Positions 9,703 to 19,086 are shown, counted from the first letter of the stretch. The stretch: DNA of 51,743 nucleotides from Pseudomonadota bacterium (GCA_046724035.1 JBKOVT010000120.1:1-51743); one strand, 5' to 3'. The notes: generated by a model from the letters alone, not told the origin. A program made the numbers and translations.

Positions 9703-11577
9703 ATGAAACACAAGCATTTCCCCATCTATATCGTGTATGGCCGTCGTTCGAGCGATACCCAACGGGGGAATTCGTCGGAAGAACGGCAGTTGGACATCGA
9801 GCACTACCGGGGCCGGGCCGTAGAACTTGGTCTGCGCTTCCGGGAGGTTCCCTATTTCGATGACGCTAAAAGCGGCTTCTTTGGCGACAACCTGGAAGCT
9901 GAGCTTGGCAAGATTTTCGACGATGTCCAAACCGGTGCCTTGCCCAAAGGATCGATCATCGGCACCGAGTCGCATAGCCGCCTCGGTCGGTTGAAGCCGG
10001 GCGAGGCCCTGATGCAATACCTTCGGATCCTTGAACTCGGCATCAAGCTCGACATCAAGGGCAAAGCGCTGCGGAGTTGGGCATCGATCAACGGCTTGAT
10101 GGGGATCGGGATCCTGTCCGAAGACTTCATCGAAATGTATATGGCTTACAAGCACAGCGCCGATTTGCAGCGGGTCGAACGCGAGACGAACCGGATCAAG
10201 CGGAAGGCCGTGCGGGAGGGTCGGCAGGGCGGCACGATGAAAAAAGGCGGGGCCGGATGGTTCGTCGGCCATCGGTGTCCGGCATGGTTGGTGCCACGCG
10301 ACAGGCCGGAAATCTGGCGGGAAGACGGCAAGCCCTATCTATATGGGGTGGACGAGGAAATGGCCCGTATCATCCGCATGATCTTCGATTGGGCTGAGGC
10401 CGGGGTCGGCACGGTGCGGATTGAGCGGCGGCTCAACGATATGAAGTTTGCCCCGCTGGGCAACCACCACCGTAAGAACTCCGAAAAGATGATCGCCGGG
10501 TGGTCAGCCGGGATGGTCGGTGCGCTGTTGAAGAACATCGCGGTTATTGGATTGTGGCAGCCGCAGACCCGCATTCGCGAGCGCGAGATCGAGGACGCGA
10601 GTGGCGAGACGACTACCGAGCGCCTGCGCTATTCGATGAAGGTCAAGGACGGTGAGGCGATTCCCTATTACCCGCCGATCATCACACCGGGCCAATTCGC
10701 GCGCGTCGGCGACGGACTCCGCAAGCGGGACCGGGTGGATGACTCGAAAGCCTTTGCTCGCGGTGGCCGGACGGGTAGGGGTTTTGGCAACATTATCAAA
10801 GGGCTGGCGACTTGCGAGTGCTGCGGGGGCACCGTTACACTCTGGTCGCGCTCCGCCGACCCGAAGAACCCAAGAAGAGGCGGACCGATGAAATACCTGA
10901 GGTGCGACAACGCACGGCGGAGTGTCGTGCTACCGCACGGGTCGAAATGCCAGAACGTCCACGGCTACCGATACGCCGCGTTTGAGTCCGTACTGTTTGA
11001 TCAGTTGCTCTCCCCCAAGCTGATTCCGGTCTTACGCGACATGCTGCCGCACAGCCACGGTGACGATCTGTTGGACCGCCGTATCGCCGATGTTGAAGCC
11101 AAGATCGACGATGCGAATCAGCAAATTGAACGGCTGGTACGCCGAGCCATCAAGACCGACGACGATGACATCGCCGCCCAATACGAGCGCGAAGCCAAGA
11201 CGATCCGCGTGGGCCGTGACAAGGTTCTCAGCGAACGCGACCGGCTGTATGCGCAACGGATCAGCCAGAGCGAGCGCATTGAGGGTAAAATCGCGGAGAT
11301 TATCGCGCTGCTGCGGGAGACCACCGACATGCAGGCAAGAGAGGATGCCCGGACTAATTTGAACAGTTTGCTGGCCAGATATGCCAAGTTTGTCCTGACC
11401 GAAGACTACCGGATGAAGGTGCGGATCATTGGGCACAGCGGCTTGATGCCGGTAGAAGCGACGATGAGCGTCGCCGAAGGCTTGATCGGTATTAAGGTTC
11501 TCGACCGCGAGGGCGAGGTGCTGACCGACTATCAACGCGCCGGGCTCGCGTTGTTGGAGCCAATGGAAGCGGCTTAA
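9703..11577 (+). CDS. large serine recombinase (integrase)
   Basis: N-terminal resolvase catalytic domain (IVYGRRSSDTQ), a recombinase domain, a Cys-rich zinc ribbon (CECCGG...LRCDN...C) and a C-terminal coiled coil. 624 aa, intact. Confidence 0.9.
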   Translation: MKHKHFPIYIVYGRRSSDTQRGNSSEERQLDIEHYRGRAVELGLRFREVPYFDDAKSGFFGDNLEAELGKIFDDVQTGALPKGSIIGTESHSRLGRLKPGEALMQYLRILELGIKLDIKGKALRSWASINGLMGIGILSEDFIEMYMAYKHSADLQRVERETNRIKRKAVREGRQGGTMKKGGAGWFVGHRCPAWLVPRDRPEIWREDGKPYLYGVDEEMARIIRMIFDWAEAGVGTVRIERRLNDMKFAPLGNHHRKNSEKMIAGWSAGMVGALLKNIAVIGLWQPQTRIREREIEDASGETTTERLRYSMKVKDGEAIPYYPPIITPGQFARVGDGLRKRDRVDDSKAFARGGRTGRGFGNIIKGLATCECCGGTVTLWSRSADPKNPRRGGPMKYLRCDNARRSVVLPHGSKCQNVHGYRYAAFESVLFDQLLSPKLIPVLRDMLPHSHGDDLLDRRIADVEAKIDDANQQIERLVRRAIKTDDDDIAAQYEREAKTIRVGRDKVLSERDRLYAQRISQSERIEGKIAEIIALLRETTDMQAREDARTNLNSLLARYAKFVLTEDYRMKVRIIGHSGLMPVEATMSVAEGLIGIKVLDREGEVLTDYQRAGLALLEPMEAA

Positions 11578-11706
11578 CCGGCAAATAAGGCTACGGCGCT
11601 GCGCGCCTGGGCTTGTTGGTCAGCGCCCCACCGGGGGGGTGCGCACCCGCCGACGGTGGAGCAACGGGCCGCGCTCACTCAGACAAGCGCGTCTTGAGGT
11701 CCGCCT

Positions 11707-12300
11707 TCATGTCTCTAGTTTCGTCGTCATTCCCTTCGTATAACGCTCAATAATCTTCACACGCCGGGTAGGGTAAGGGTCGAGTACAACTTCTTCTTCG
11801 TCATAGGTTTCGCTTTTCTCTGGGAACAACAGAATCGCTTCCGATTGCGCGACGGCGACAAGCGCGACGCCGACGGAGCGAACTGCGGACGCGCTCGATC
11901 GCGAGCAAACCGCCGTGCAACCTCGATATCGCGCATCCGCGAGAAGCCATGGACACGCCACGTTTTGCGGTAGTTCGTGCCACGATAGCCCCTGATAGGC
12001 TCACCGATATAGTCGCATGGGAACAGGACGCGCAGTGCCCCGACGAGTGCCCGGTCATCGCCGATCTTCAACGCGAGATGCTTGTGGTCAATCGACGCGG
12101 TCAGAAATTCCGATTTGATCTCCACGCTGCAGTGCCGAGTGCCGCGATTTTTCGCATCGCCGGTGCCCAGTCGATGCTCACGTCAGAGTGTGGATATGCA
12201 AGCGATGGAACGTCTCGACATCGCTTGATGCGGCGGCTTTTGCGAGCGCGTCGGCTTGCGAGCGATGTAGCTTGCGCTCCAACCTTAATATCAACTGCAT
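11707..12300 (-). pseudogene. decayed ORF of unknown function downstream of the methyltransferase
   Basis: Three pieces in three frames: ATG 12300 (40 aa), ORF 11757..12125, ORF 11707..11961. The middle piece contains GDAKNRGTRHCSVEIKSE (a D...ExK-like spacing). Confidence 0.3.
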
Positions 12301-12335
12301 GCGCGTCAGTGACGGCTAGTCGTCAGCCGTATCAA

Positions 12336-13624
12336 TCATTTCTTTTTTTGGCGAAGGACGAATGCGGTGATCGGGCTGGGTGACGGGCACGGTTCACCCG
12401 TCTCAGCACCCAGCCACCAGACTCGGCCCAATGGGCGAGGCTCCGCGCCGGCTTCGAGCAACATGTTCACGTAGGACTGCGTAGGAAGCACCAGCACGGA
12501 GCCCTTGCCGTAGAGGCGGTGCTCCTCGATGGCCTTATGGACGAAGGCGGTCGGTCCTTTGCCGTGAAGCCCATCTTCCGGATGGAACGGTGGGTTCACG
12601 TAGTTGGAGTCGCCCCAAGGCACCTGTAGGCCGTCAAAACCGTCCGGGAGTGGGTACGGGCAGGGATCAAAATCAAAATTGAACTCGCGTTCGAGCCGCT
12701 CATAAATTTCCGGCGGCGTCCGCCAATACTGCGGTTTGCTCGGCGGTTCAGATATCACCTCTGGGTACTGCTGCATCGCGGGGCGCGCGATCCCATATCC
12801 CCAGGTCACCCAGCCCGGTATCTCGTGCCGGGCGAAGAGTTCGATACGCGGCCCCGGCGACGCGCGCTCGATCATCTTGCGCACTTCGTCGGGCTTTTCG
12901 GAGTGCCGACTGCGCGGGAACATGCCCCATGACGGCAACGCGTGGTCGTCGAACCGGTCTCGGTCGTGAAGGACAGCGGCCAAACAGACTTCGTGCCCAG
13001 CGCGGTGAAATTGGCCAGAGCCGAGGCCGTCTGGTTTGCACCAAGCGAATTCGCTGACCGGCCTAAAACCCCAATGCCTTACCAAACCGTACGCGATTTC
13101 GTCGATGCGCCCCGGCAACGTCCACAGATGCAAATGGCACCGCTCGGGGGGGCGAGTTCGTGGATCGGCAAGTCCATGATTTGTTGCACCGTCATCGTGG
13201 GATAGGGCAATGTCGTCCCCGGTATTTCCCACGGTGGGTCGAGATAGATAGTGCCGAAACGGCGTCCGACGCGGACAAGCTCGTACAGGTCATCGACGCG
13301 ACCGCCCGGCTGCGGCTCCAGGTTTTTTAGTCGCTGGAGGTGCGACTCGCATTGCAATAGGAACCAGCGCATCGTGATCTCGCGGCGCAGATCGACCGCG
13401 TCTTGGATCACCTTTTTCTTGAGCCACGTTGGAATGTTCGCCAGTCGCAGCGCACGGCTCACGATGTGGGGCATCAACCCAAAATCACAGCGCCTAGGCA
13501 AATCGATTCCATTGGAATCGATTTTCGGTCTCCCCACCCCTTGCCGCTCGGTATCGAGCAGGATCAAGCCGATGGCGGTCTCGGACGGTTTTCTCGTCCT
13601 TTGAGACGAGTTCCTTCTTCTCAC
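12336..13624 (-). pseudogene. bifunctional N6-adenine DNA methyltransferase (MT-A70 module + phage Dam-like module), frameshifted
   Basis: ORF 13079..13624 carries FGTIYLDPPWE. ORF 12336..13232 continues with ERCHLHLWT...HSEKPDEV...ELFAR (MT-A70), then YWRTPPEIYERLEREFNFDFDPCP...NYVNPPF (Dam-like). The two ORFs join if the C7 run had 8 (or 5) bases. Confidence 0.85.
13146..13152. repeat. G7/C7 homopolymer at the methyltransferase frameshift
   Basis: cgctcGGGGGGGcgag on the plus strand. On the coding strand: GCC CCC CCG AGC versus the required GCC CCC CCC GAG CGG TGC CAT. Confidence 0.9.
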
Positions 13625-13900
13625 GGACTTCCAGTTCCTGCGCTGGTTCTGCCATGTTCGCCTCCTATATCCTGCTCAGCTCTCAGTTGAATTGCTCTGG
13701 CTTTGTCGTGCTCGGCGCGCGGCATATACAAAGCCAGGATCCCGTCGAGGCATTCCGCTTTCACCTTGTCTGCATCGATCTCGACGGGGAGACATTCGAA
13801 TGCGTACGCCTGAACGCGCACTCTTGCCCCTAAGCCGCCCCCCGTCGCAGAAGACGCGGGCCGCCTCGGTCGACCGAAAAACCGTCATTCGATGAACTGT
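13621..13900 (-). pseudogene. Hsp20/alpha-crystallin family remnant
   Basis: AFECLPVEIDADKVKAECLDGILALYMPRAEHDKARAIQL resembles the Hsp20 C-terminal beta-strands. The N-terminal part is missing or scrambled, and a C6 run lies nearby. Confidence 0.4.
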
Positions 13901-13942
13901 CAGCGCGGGTGACGGCGGCCCGATTTGTACGGCGAGGCGTTG

Positions 13943-14281
13943 ATGACCCGCCCAGCTACACAAAAAGGCCGACTGCGAATGTCGAGTCCGCCGATCGGAC
14001 TGCCAAGCGACCTCGCAACCTCGCTCCAATATCTGGATGACGCGGACCTTCACCGGCTACAGGCCGCCGTCGAGGCGGAGATCGCTAGACGCAAACAGGG
14101 CACTTCGACGGGCAAAGCCAACAAGGCTCCGGCGCCTCCCGCGTCCAGACCAGTATCGAAACCCGCGGAGTTCGCCGAAATCCCGGAGGGAAAGGCAAAC
14201 CTTCTTCGGGCCTCATTGGACGCGGGTCTAAAGCCTCCGACCATCGCTCGAACGTTTTTGGTGTTTCGATTGCCGCCGTGA
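13943..14281 (+). CDS. hypothetical protein, probably 3'-frameshifted (HTH-like end in the next frame)
   Basis: ...IPEGKANLLRASLDAGLKPPTIARTF, then a T5 run at 14255-14259. One extra T would give FGVSIAAVNRINRTKK with a stop at 14305-14307. Confidence 0.5.
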   Translation: MTRPATQKGRLRMSSPPIGLPSDLATSLQYLDDADLHRLQAAVEAEIARRKQGTSTGKANKAPAPPASRPVSKPAEFAEIPEGKANLLRASLDAGLKPPTIARTFLVFRLPP

Positions 14282-14568
14282 ACCGCATCAACCGGACGAA
14301 GAAATGAAGCGAGCGATAGACCATCTTTGGCGTGGCGTCCTCCGACGCGCAGCAGGAACTTCTCCTTCGCCGCGAGGATCACCGCGACGGCCTGCTTCCC
14401 CGCATAGGCAGCAGTATGATCGGGATGCGCTCGCCGCCACGCTTCAACACCGGCTTGATAACACCGAGCAGTTGGCAACCCTGCCTGCATAGCGGCTTGG
14501 TACGCGGCGATGGCATTGGGGGCGGCGCGGTCTGATCTCGGATCAGCTTCCCTAGCGCGCCATACCAT
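14050..14568 (-). CDS. hypothetical protein (only the N-terminal ~90 aa is credible)
   Basis: AAYQAAMQAGLPTARCYQAGVEAWRRAHPDHTAAYAGKQAVAVILAA looks protein-like. The 3' half overlaps the convergent gene and is probably read-through. Confidence 0.3.
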   Translation of the reverse strand: MVWRAREADPRSDRAAPNAIAAYQAAMQAGLPTARCYQAGVEAWRRAHPDHTAAYAGKQAVAVILAAKEKFLLRVGGRHAKDGLSLASFLRPVDAVHGGNRNTKNVRAMVGGFRPASNEARRRFAFPSGISANSAGFDTGLDAGGAGALLALPVEVPCLRLAISASTAACSR

Positions 14569-14743
14569 CAGAGAACTCCGAAGCCGGCTCCTCGAAGCAG
14601 ATCAACAGCTGGAGAGAGGGCAGAGTTCGTTAATAGTCGGACTGGATCGCTTCCGCGCGCAATTCTTGGCGGCGCGAGCCGGGTCAACCTCAGCTTTGTT
14701 TGGCGAATGCAACTCAACGCTCTGCGGCTGGGTTCTTGTCAGC

Positions 14744-15568
14744 ATGGTACAAAATCGCCTCGCGGAAGCTCCGACTGTTCGGCAACCGGTCCTTACTGTC
14801 GTAGCACGGCTGGGATTTGCTGCGCGCGGCTTGCTCTATTGCTGGTCGGCGCGTTTGCTGTCGCCGCGGCTCTCGGGCTCGGGCAGCAGCCGCATGGCAT
14901 CATGGACGTATTGACCGCTCTGATGGATACGCGGCTGCAAACCGTCCTGGCGGCCAGCATCGGTTTGGGTTTGGCATGTCTGGCCGGCTACTTCGCGATC
15001 AGAGGATTGTCGCATTGCTGTCGTGGCAGCGGCGCTCGCTGCTGGCTGTTCGGTGCCGGGATGATTGCCGACGCACTTATCTACGGTGCCGTCATGATCT
15101 CGTTGTTGGGCATCGCTCTTGGCTGGCATCCCGATGGAGAGCGAGAGACACAGCTATGGACCGCCTGGGCCTTGTCGCAACCGTTTGGCCGCGGGGTCGT
15201 CGGCTTCGTCGGGCTTGTGATCCTGGGGTGCGGCATCGGGGTCATCGCATGGGTCATGACGACCGATGTCGATGATGACGTTGACTTGCCAGAGTCCGAA
15301 AAGCGGGTCATCTAACCCATTGCCCGTTATGGGCTCGCGGGGCGCGGCGTCGGGGCAGCATTGGTTGGGATTTACTGGATGTCCGCGGGAATCCACGGAG
15401 AGGCGTCAAGGGCACACGAACTCGGCGGTGCTTTGCAAACTGTCCAGCAGAACTCACGCGGCTGGCCTGCTACTGCTGCCGCTAGGGGTTGCGTTCGCGG
15501 CGTCGGCCGTGTTCGATTTCATCGAGGCGCTTTACCATCGACCTCAAGAGAATCTGACGAGGCGCTGA
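14744..15568 (+). pseudogene. DUF1206-like membrane protein, disrupted
   Basis: Three ARxGxAARGxxY-type repeats lie in three frames: VARLGFAARGLLY, shift near 14839, LLVGAFAVAAAL. In-frame TAA at 15313-15315 precedes PIARYGLAGRGV, and a further shift near 15465 precedes LLLLPLGVAFAAS. Confidence 0.7.
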
Positions 15569-15816
15569 TGGCAACAACCCATCGTGAGCCGCATAACGGC
15601 ATTGAGACGGCGATCCTTCACGAGTTGCGGTTGCTGCCTCGCTGGGCGCAAGAGGCGTATCTGGATGCTCTGACACGGCTTGCTGAGGGGCAACCCATCG
15701 AAGAATGTTTGGTGGAAGTGTTGACTGAGCTTGGCTACCGCCCGGCGGAGGTGCGCCAGCAGGTGCGAGCCGCGGTTGAGAGGAAAGGCTTCAACTGGCG
15801 CGAAGCTCTGAACTGA
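15568..15816 (+). CDS. hypothetical protein (82 aa)
   Basis: The ATG overlaps the preceding stop (TGATG). Helical, charged sequence; no family recognised. Confidence 0.4.
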   Translation: MATTHREPHNGIETAILHELRLLPRWAQEAYLDALTRLAEGQPIEECLVEVLTELGYRPAEVRQQVRAAVERKGFNWREALN

Positions 15817-15938
15817 CCAAAGCGCGCCGACCAGCATGTCGATAGCCCCGGCTGGGCTTACTCGGCATTTTTTGACGGACTCTAACCAGATTTGCCACGC
15901 CGCTGCACAGAGAGCAGCGGGTATCGTGTAGCGCTTGT

Positions 15939-16817
15939 CTAACCGGCCCGCCTCTCCCACACAAAAGCGCCACCTGAGTCAATCGCCCGCCCACCGGCCT
16001 TCAGTTCCGGATGAAACAGGTGCCAGACATGGACCATCTCGGGCCAGATCTGCAGATCGACATAAACATCGGCCGCCCCGGCCGCCTTCGCGAGAGCAAG
16101 CGCATCGTCCAGCAAGGTTTCGGACGCGCCGACCTGGATCAGCAAAGGTGCAAGCCCTCTCAGATCGGCATGGATGGGTGAGGCAAGCGGTGAGCGCGGG
16201 TCGGCGCCATTGAGATAGAGCCGCGCCATATCGAGAATGCCCGGCTTCTGCACCATCGGATCGGCGGCCGATCGGCTCGTCATCGTCTCGCCGGCTGCTT
16301 CCATGTCGACCCACGGCGAGATGCACCAGCCGCAACCACGCTGCGGCAGCCCGGCATCTCGGATCGCGACCATCGCAGCTACAACAAGTCCGCCGCCGCC
16401 GGCAATCGCAATGCGGTCTGGTTTGAGACGCCGACCCAAGAGATAGCGGTATCCAGCAACGGCATCCTCGAGCGCGGCGGGAAAGGGATGTTCGGGCGCA
16501 AGACGATAATCCAGCGCCAAGGCCCAGCAACCGGACGCCCGACCGGCCTCCGCGACGAGATGGCGATGGCTGTCCAGCGAGCCAATAACGTATCCGCCGC
16601 CGTGTAGGTACAGGAGCGCAGCATCGTCGGTAGCACCCGGCGTCGAGGACCATTCCGCCCGGACGCCGTTTGCGGTGACCGGCTCCACTTTCACATCCGG
16701 TTGCAATCCATAAGCCAGACCACGTTCATCGATATCTCGGCGGCGCTGCCGATAATCGTCGGAGCGCGGACGGTTGGTCAGCTTTTCTCGGAGCGCGACG
16801 ATTTCTGCGTCAGCCAT
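15939..16817 (-). CDS. alpha/beta hydrolase, HSL/esterase family, lacking the GDSAG nucleophile motif
   Basis: Oxyanion LYLHGGGY and DYRLAPEHPFPAALED are present. Where GDSAGG is expected the sequence reads IAIAGGGGLVV. A C-terminal His region is present. GAGGAG lies upstream of the ATG at 16817. Confidence 0.8.
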   Translation of the reverse strand: MADAEIVALREKLTNRPRSDDYRQRRRDIDERGLAYGLQPDVKVEPVTANGVRAEWSSTPGATDDAALLYLHGGGYVIGSLDSHRHLVAEAGRASGCWALALDYRLAPEHPFPAALEDAVAGYRYLLGRRLKPDRIAIAGGGGLVVAAMVAIRDAGLPQRGCGWCISPWVDMEAAGETMTSRSAADPMVQKPGILDMARLYLNGADPRSPLASPIHADLRGLAPLLIQVGASETLLDDALALAKAAGAADVYVDLQIWPEMVHVWHLFHPELKAGGRAIDSGGAFVWERRAG

Positions 16818-17001
16818 CGGTCTCTCCTCAACTCCCAAACGCAAAGCATACGCGCCGGCAACAATGATCGCTACAGCGGGCCACCGCCGCTCTGACCAGT
16901 AGGTAGGCTTTACAAGTAGCGAAGGCGATATCAGCTAAGATACTGAAAGAGTTACGAGGCTTCATGGAGGAGGTCGTGCCGGGTGAACGCGGTGTACGAC
17001 C

Positions 17002-17193
17002 ATGAAGACCTACAAGCGAGAGGTCGTGGTCCAACGGCTTGACGAGCGGCGCTATGCACTGGCCGTCGATGGCGTCGTGCGCTACGTCGGCACCGAAGAG
17101 GAATGCCGGCGGCGTCTTGCGATGCTGGTCCCGAAGAAGGAGCGCGCCGACCAGGACAAAGCCTTGGGACGGCTATGGCGCATTCTGCGCTGA
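17002..17193 (+). CDS. hypothetical small protein (63 aa)
   Basis: ORF only; charged, plausible composition. Confidence 0.35.
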   Translation: MKTYKREVVVQRLDERRYALAVDGVVRYVGTEEECRRRLAMLVPKKERADQDKALGRLWRILR

Positions 17194-17208
17194 CTTTGGA
17201 GCGCACCA

Positions 17209-17466
17209 ATGCGGATACATCAGTGGCAGCTACGCGGCCCCGACCGAACCGTGAAGGAGATCCTGCCGGAGACGCCGCCAACTGTCGTGGGACACGGCAT
17301 TCTCGGCGAAACCATGCTCTACCTGACAGCGCGCCGCGCCGAGGACGGGGAGTTGTTTCGCGTCTTCCTGACGCCCGAGGATCTTCGCCGGCTGGTCGGC
17401 CGCGCGATGGAGCAAGACGAGACTGCGGAGATCGTGCGGGAGGCAGCTATCGATGACCCGCCGTAA
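17209..17466 (+). CDS. hypothetical small protein (85 aa)
   Basis: ORF begins 16 nt after the previous one; plausible composition. Confidence 0.4.
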   Translation: MRIHQWQLRGPDRTVKEILPETPPTVVGHGILGETMLYLTARRAEDGELFRVFLTPEDLRRLVGRAMEQDETAEIVREAAIDDPP

Positions 17467-17470
17467 CTCT

Positions 17471-17692
17471 TCAGTTCATCGTCACGCGGCCGAACGAGCA
17501 GTAAAGCTCCCGCTGCTGTTCTTCCGTCAAATTCTGCTCAGCCCAGGCGTCGAGCAAGAAGAACAGAAGCTCGTCGTGGTTAAACCCGGTCCTCGCGATG
17601 GCACTGTCCACAATGGCCCGCGCATCGGGGTTCCTCGTTAAGAAGGTGCGCCAGTGGTCGTGGAGTTCAGATGGAGCGCTACTCGCCATCAT
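17471..17692 (-). CDS. hypothetical small protein (73 aa)
   Basis: Its start overlaps the upstream stop (ATGA at 17689-17692), suggesting translational coupling. Confidence 0.5.
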   Translation of the reverse strand: MMASSAPSELHDHWRTFLTRNPDARAIVDSAIARTGFNHDELLFFLLDAWAEQNLTEEQQRELYCSFGRVTMN

Positions 17693-18213
17693 CTTGCGTT
17701 GGTCACGTTTCGGCCGGTCGTCGCTACATAATGTCGTGGCGAGAAGCTCGTCGACAACGAAAAAGCAATAGCAGCATCGAAAGCGGCGACGACCTCGCTG
17801 TGGGTGCGTGTCTTATCATCGTTCCAATCGGGCACCGAGTCCCCAGTTTGCCGTTCCAGAGCCGCTTGGGCACCGTCAGCAGGCAGCCGAAGCTCGCGAG
17901 CCGCCCGCTTAATGGCGCCCAGCGCACAGAACCGACGAGCGTATCGCGATCCCGTGGTCACAGGAATGTCCAACCAAGTGACGGCGAAGGCTCGCTTACA
18001 CCACCGCTGCTCTTCGGAGATAAGATCGCGAGCGCGGGTCAGTACCGCGACAGCGGTATTGGTGCCACGTTGCTGCGGACTGACAAACCAGGTCGGGCTC
18101 GCTCGGGATCTGAGAGGCACCGCGGGTGAAAAGCCGCGGATGTCCAGAGTGTCGGCGGCGGCCGGGGATACTTGCCTGGGTGGATCGATGACGGGGATGC
18201 AGTCGAAGGGCAT
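17689..18213 (-). CDS. hypothetical protein
   Basis: GGGAGGAAGTGGC precedes the ATG at 18213. The C-terminal half (ARDLISEEQRWCKRAFA...FCALGAIKRAA...WNDDKTRTHSEVVAAFDAAI) looks like a conserved phage/plasmid small-protein fold. Confidence 0.55.
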   Translation of the reverse strand: MPFDCIPVIDPPRQVSPAAADTLDIRGFSPAVPLRSRASPTWFVSPQQRGTNTAVAVLTRARDLISEEQRWCKRAFAVTWLDIPVTTGSRYARRFCALGAIKRAARELRLPADGAQAALERQTGDSVPDWNDDKTRTHSEVVAAFDAAIAFSLSTSFSPRHYVATTGRNVTNAR

Positions 18214-18568
18214 GCCACTTCCTCCCTGCGCTACGCCGAACACTCTATCGCGCTGCGGCTCTCATACACCAGCAACATCGTAAGTCGATCGCCTACCGTT
18301 GTTTAGGAGGATCTCGAGACCGGACATCAGCCGGACCTTGTCCCGGTGTGTCCGACACGTCCGGGCAGTGCTTGCCGGGCAGACCCCGGACAGATACGCA
18401 CGCCACCCTAAGGGGTGTCCGTATCTCCGGGTGTCCGGCGCACGGTGACCGGCACAGCGGACGCGGAGCTCCCGCTGTCCAATGGTCTGCTGACGCACGC
18501 AGGTCGGGAAAAGTGGCACGGTGCAGGATGATGTGAAACACCAAAAATGCGCAGACCGGAGTTCGTAC

Positions 18569-18832
18569 ATGCCGATCGATGTTGATGACGCTATCGCGCT
18601 CTTTGTGGAAGAGTTGCGGAAAGCACTCCCCTTTCGACCCATTACAACGCAAACGCCCGAACTTCGTCTCGTGGCTGCGATATTCGGGTCGAAGATGTGT
18701 TGCGGATCTGGTGGTTTCGGGAGCATGGGAAAAAGAATCCAATGCCCGACCCTGGCGAAACGGATCTTGCGCCATTTCAAGATGCGGCATGGGAGCTCGC
18801 CGGACGAGGTTTTTTATCGCGCAGATGAATGA
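18569..18832 (+). CDS. hypothetical protein
   Basis: GGAG 9 nt upstream of the ATG; lower-GC stretch; no family recognised. Confidence 0.3.
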   Translation: MPIDVDDAIALFVEELRKALPFRPITTQTPELRLVAAIFGSKMCCGSGGFGSMGKRIQCPTLAKRILRHFKMRHGSSPDEVFYRADE

Positions 18833-19086
18833 GGAAGCCAGGTATTGAGAATCTACCTCGGTCGAGATGGACGGCGTCTTCTGATGAAGGAGATAAGTGT
18901 AGATTGGAAGCTACAGGCCAAGCAGGCGTGACCACGGCCCGGCGGAGCGTAAAAAAATAGAGCAGGCCGGGCGCACGCGACGTAAACCGCGCTTCACACA
19001 CCGGGACGGCCTGGTCACCCCGTTGATGCAGATCAGTGTACGCCGGTTTGTGAGCCGGTCCGATGACCCTGGGCTTCAGAGGCAAC

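Noticed and set aside
11578-11700. The GC-rich segment with a G7 run (11633-11639) after the recombinase gene, considered as a terminator.
   Set aside because: The potential stem is poor and no U-tract follows. It is not convincing.
18472-18486. The 13-14-nt match ccgctgtccaatgg at 18472 and 38294.
   Set aside because: Exact 13-mers shared by chance are expected several times in a 52-kb window, and the flanks are dissimilar.
18262-18790. ORFs 18262..18780(-) and 18293..18790(-).
   Set aside because: The translations are implausible, the ORFs overlap each other and the plus-strand ORF, and there is no RBS.
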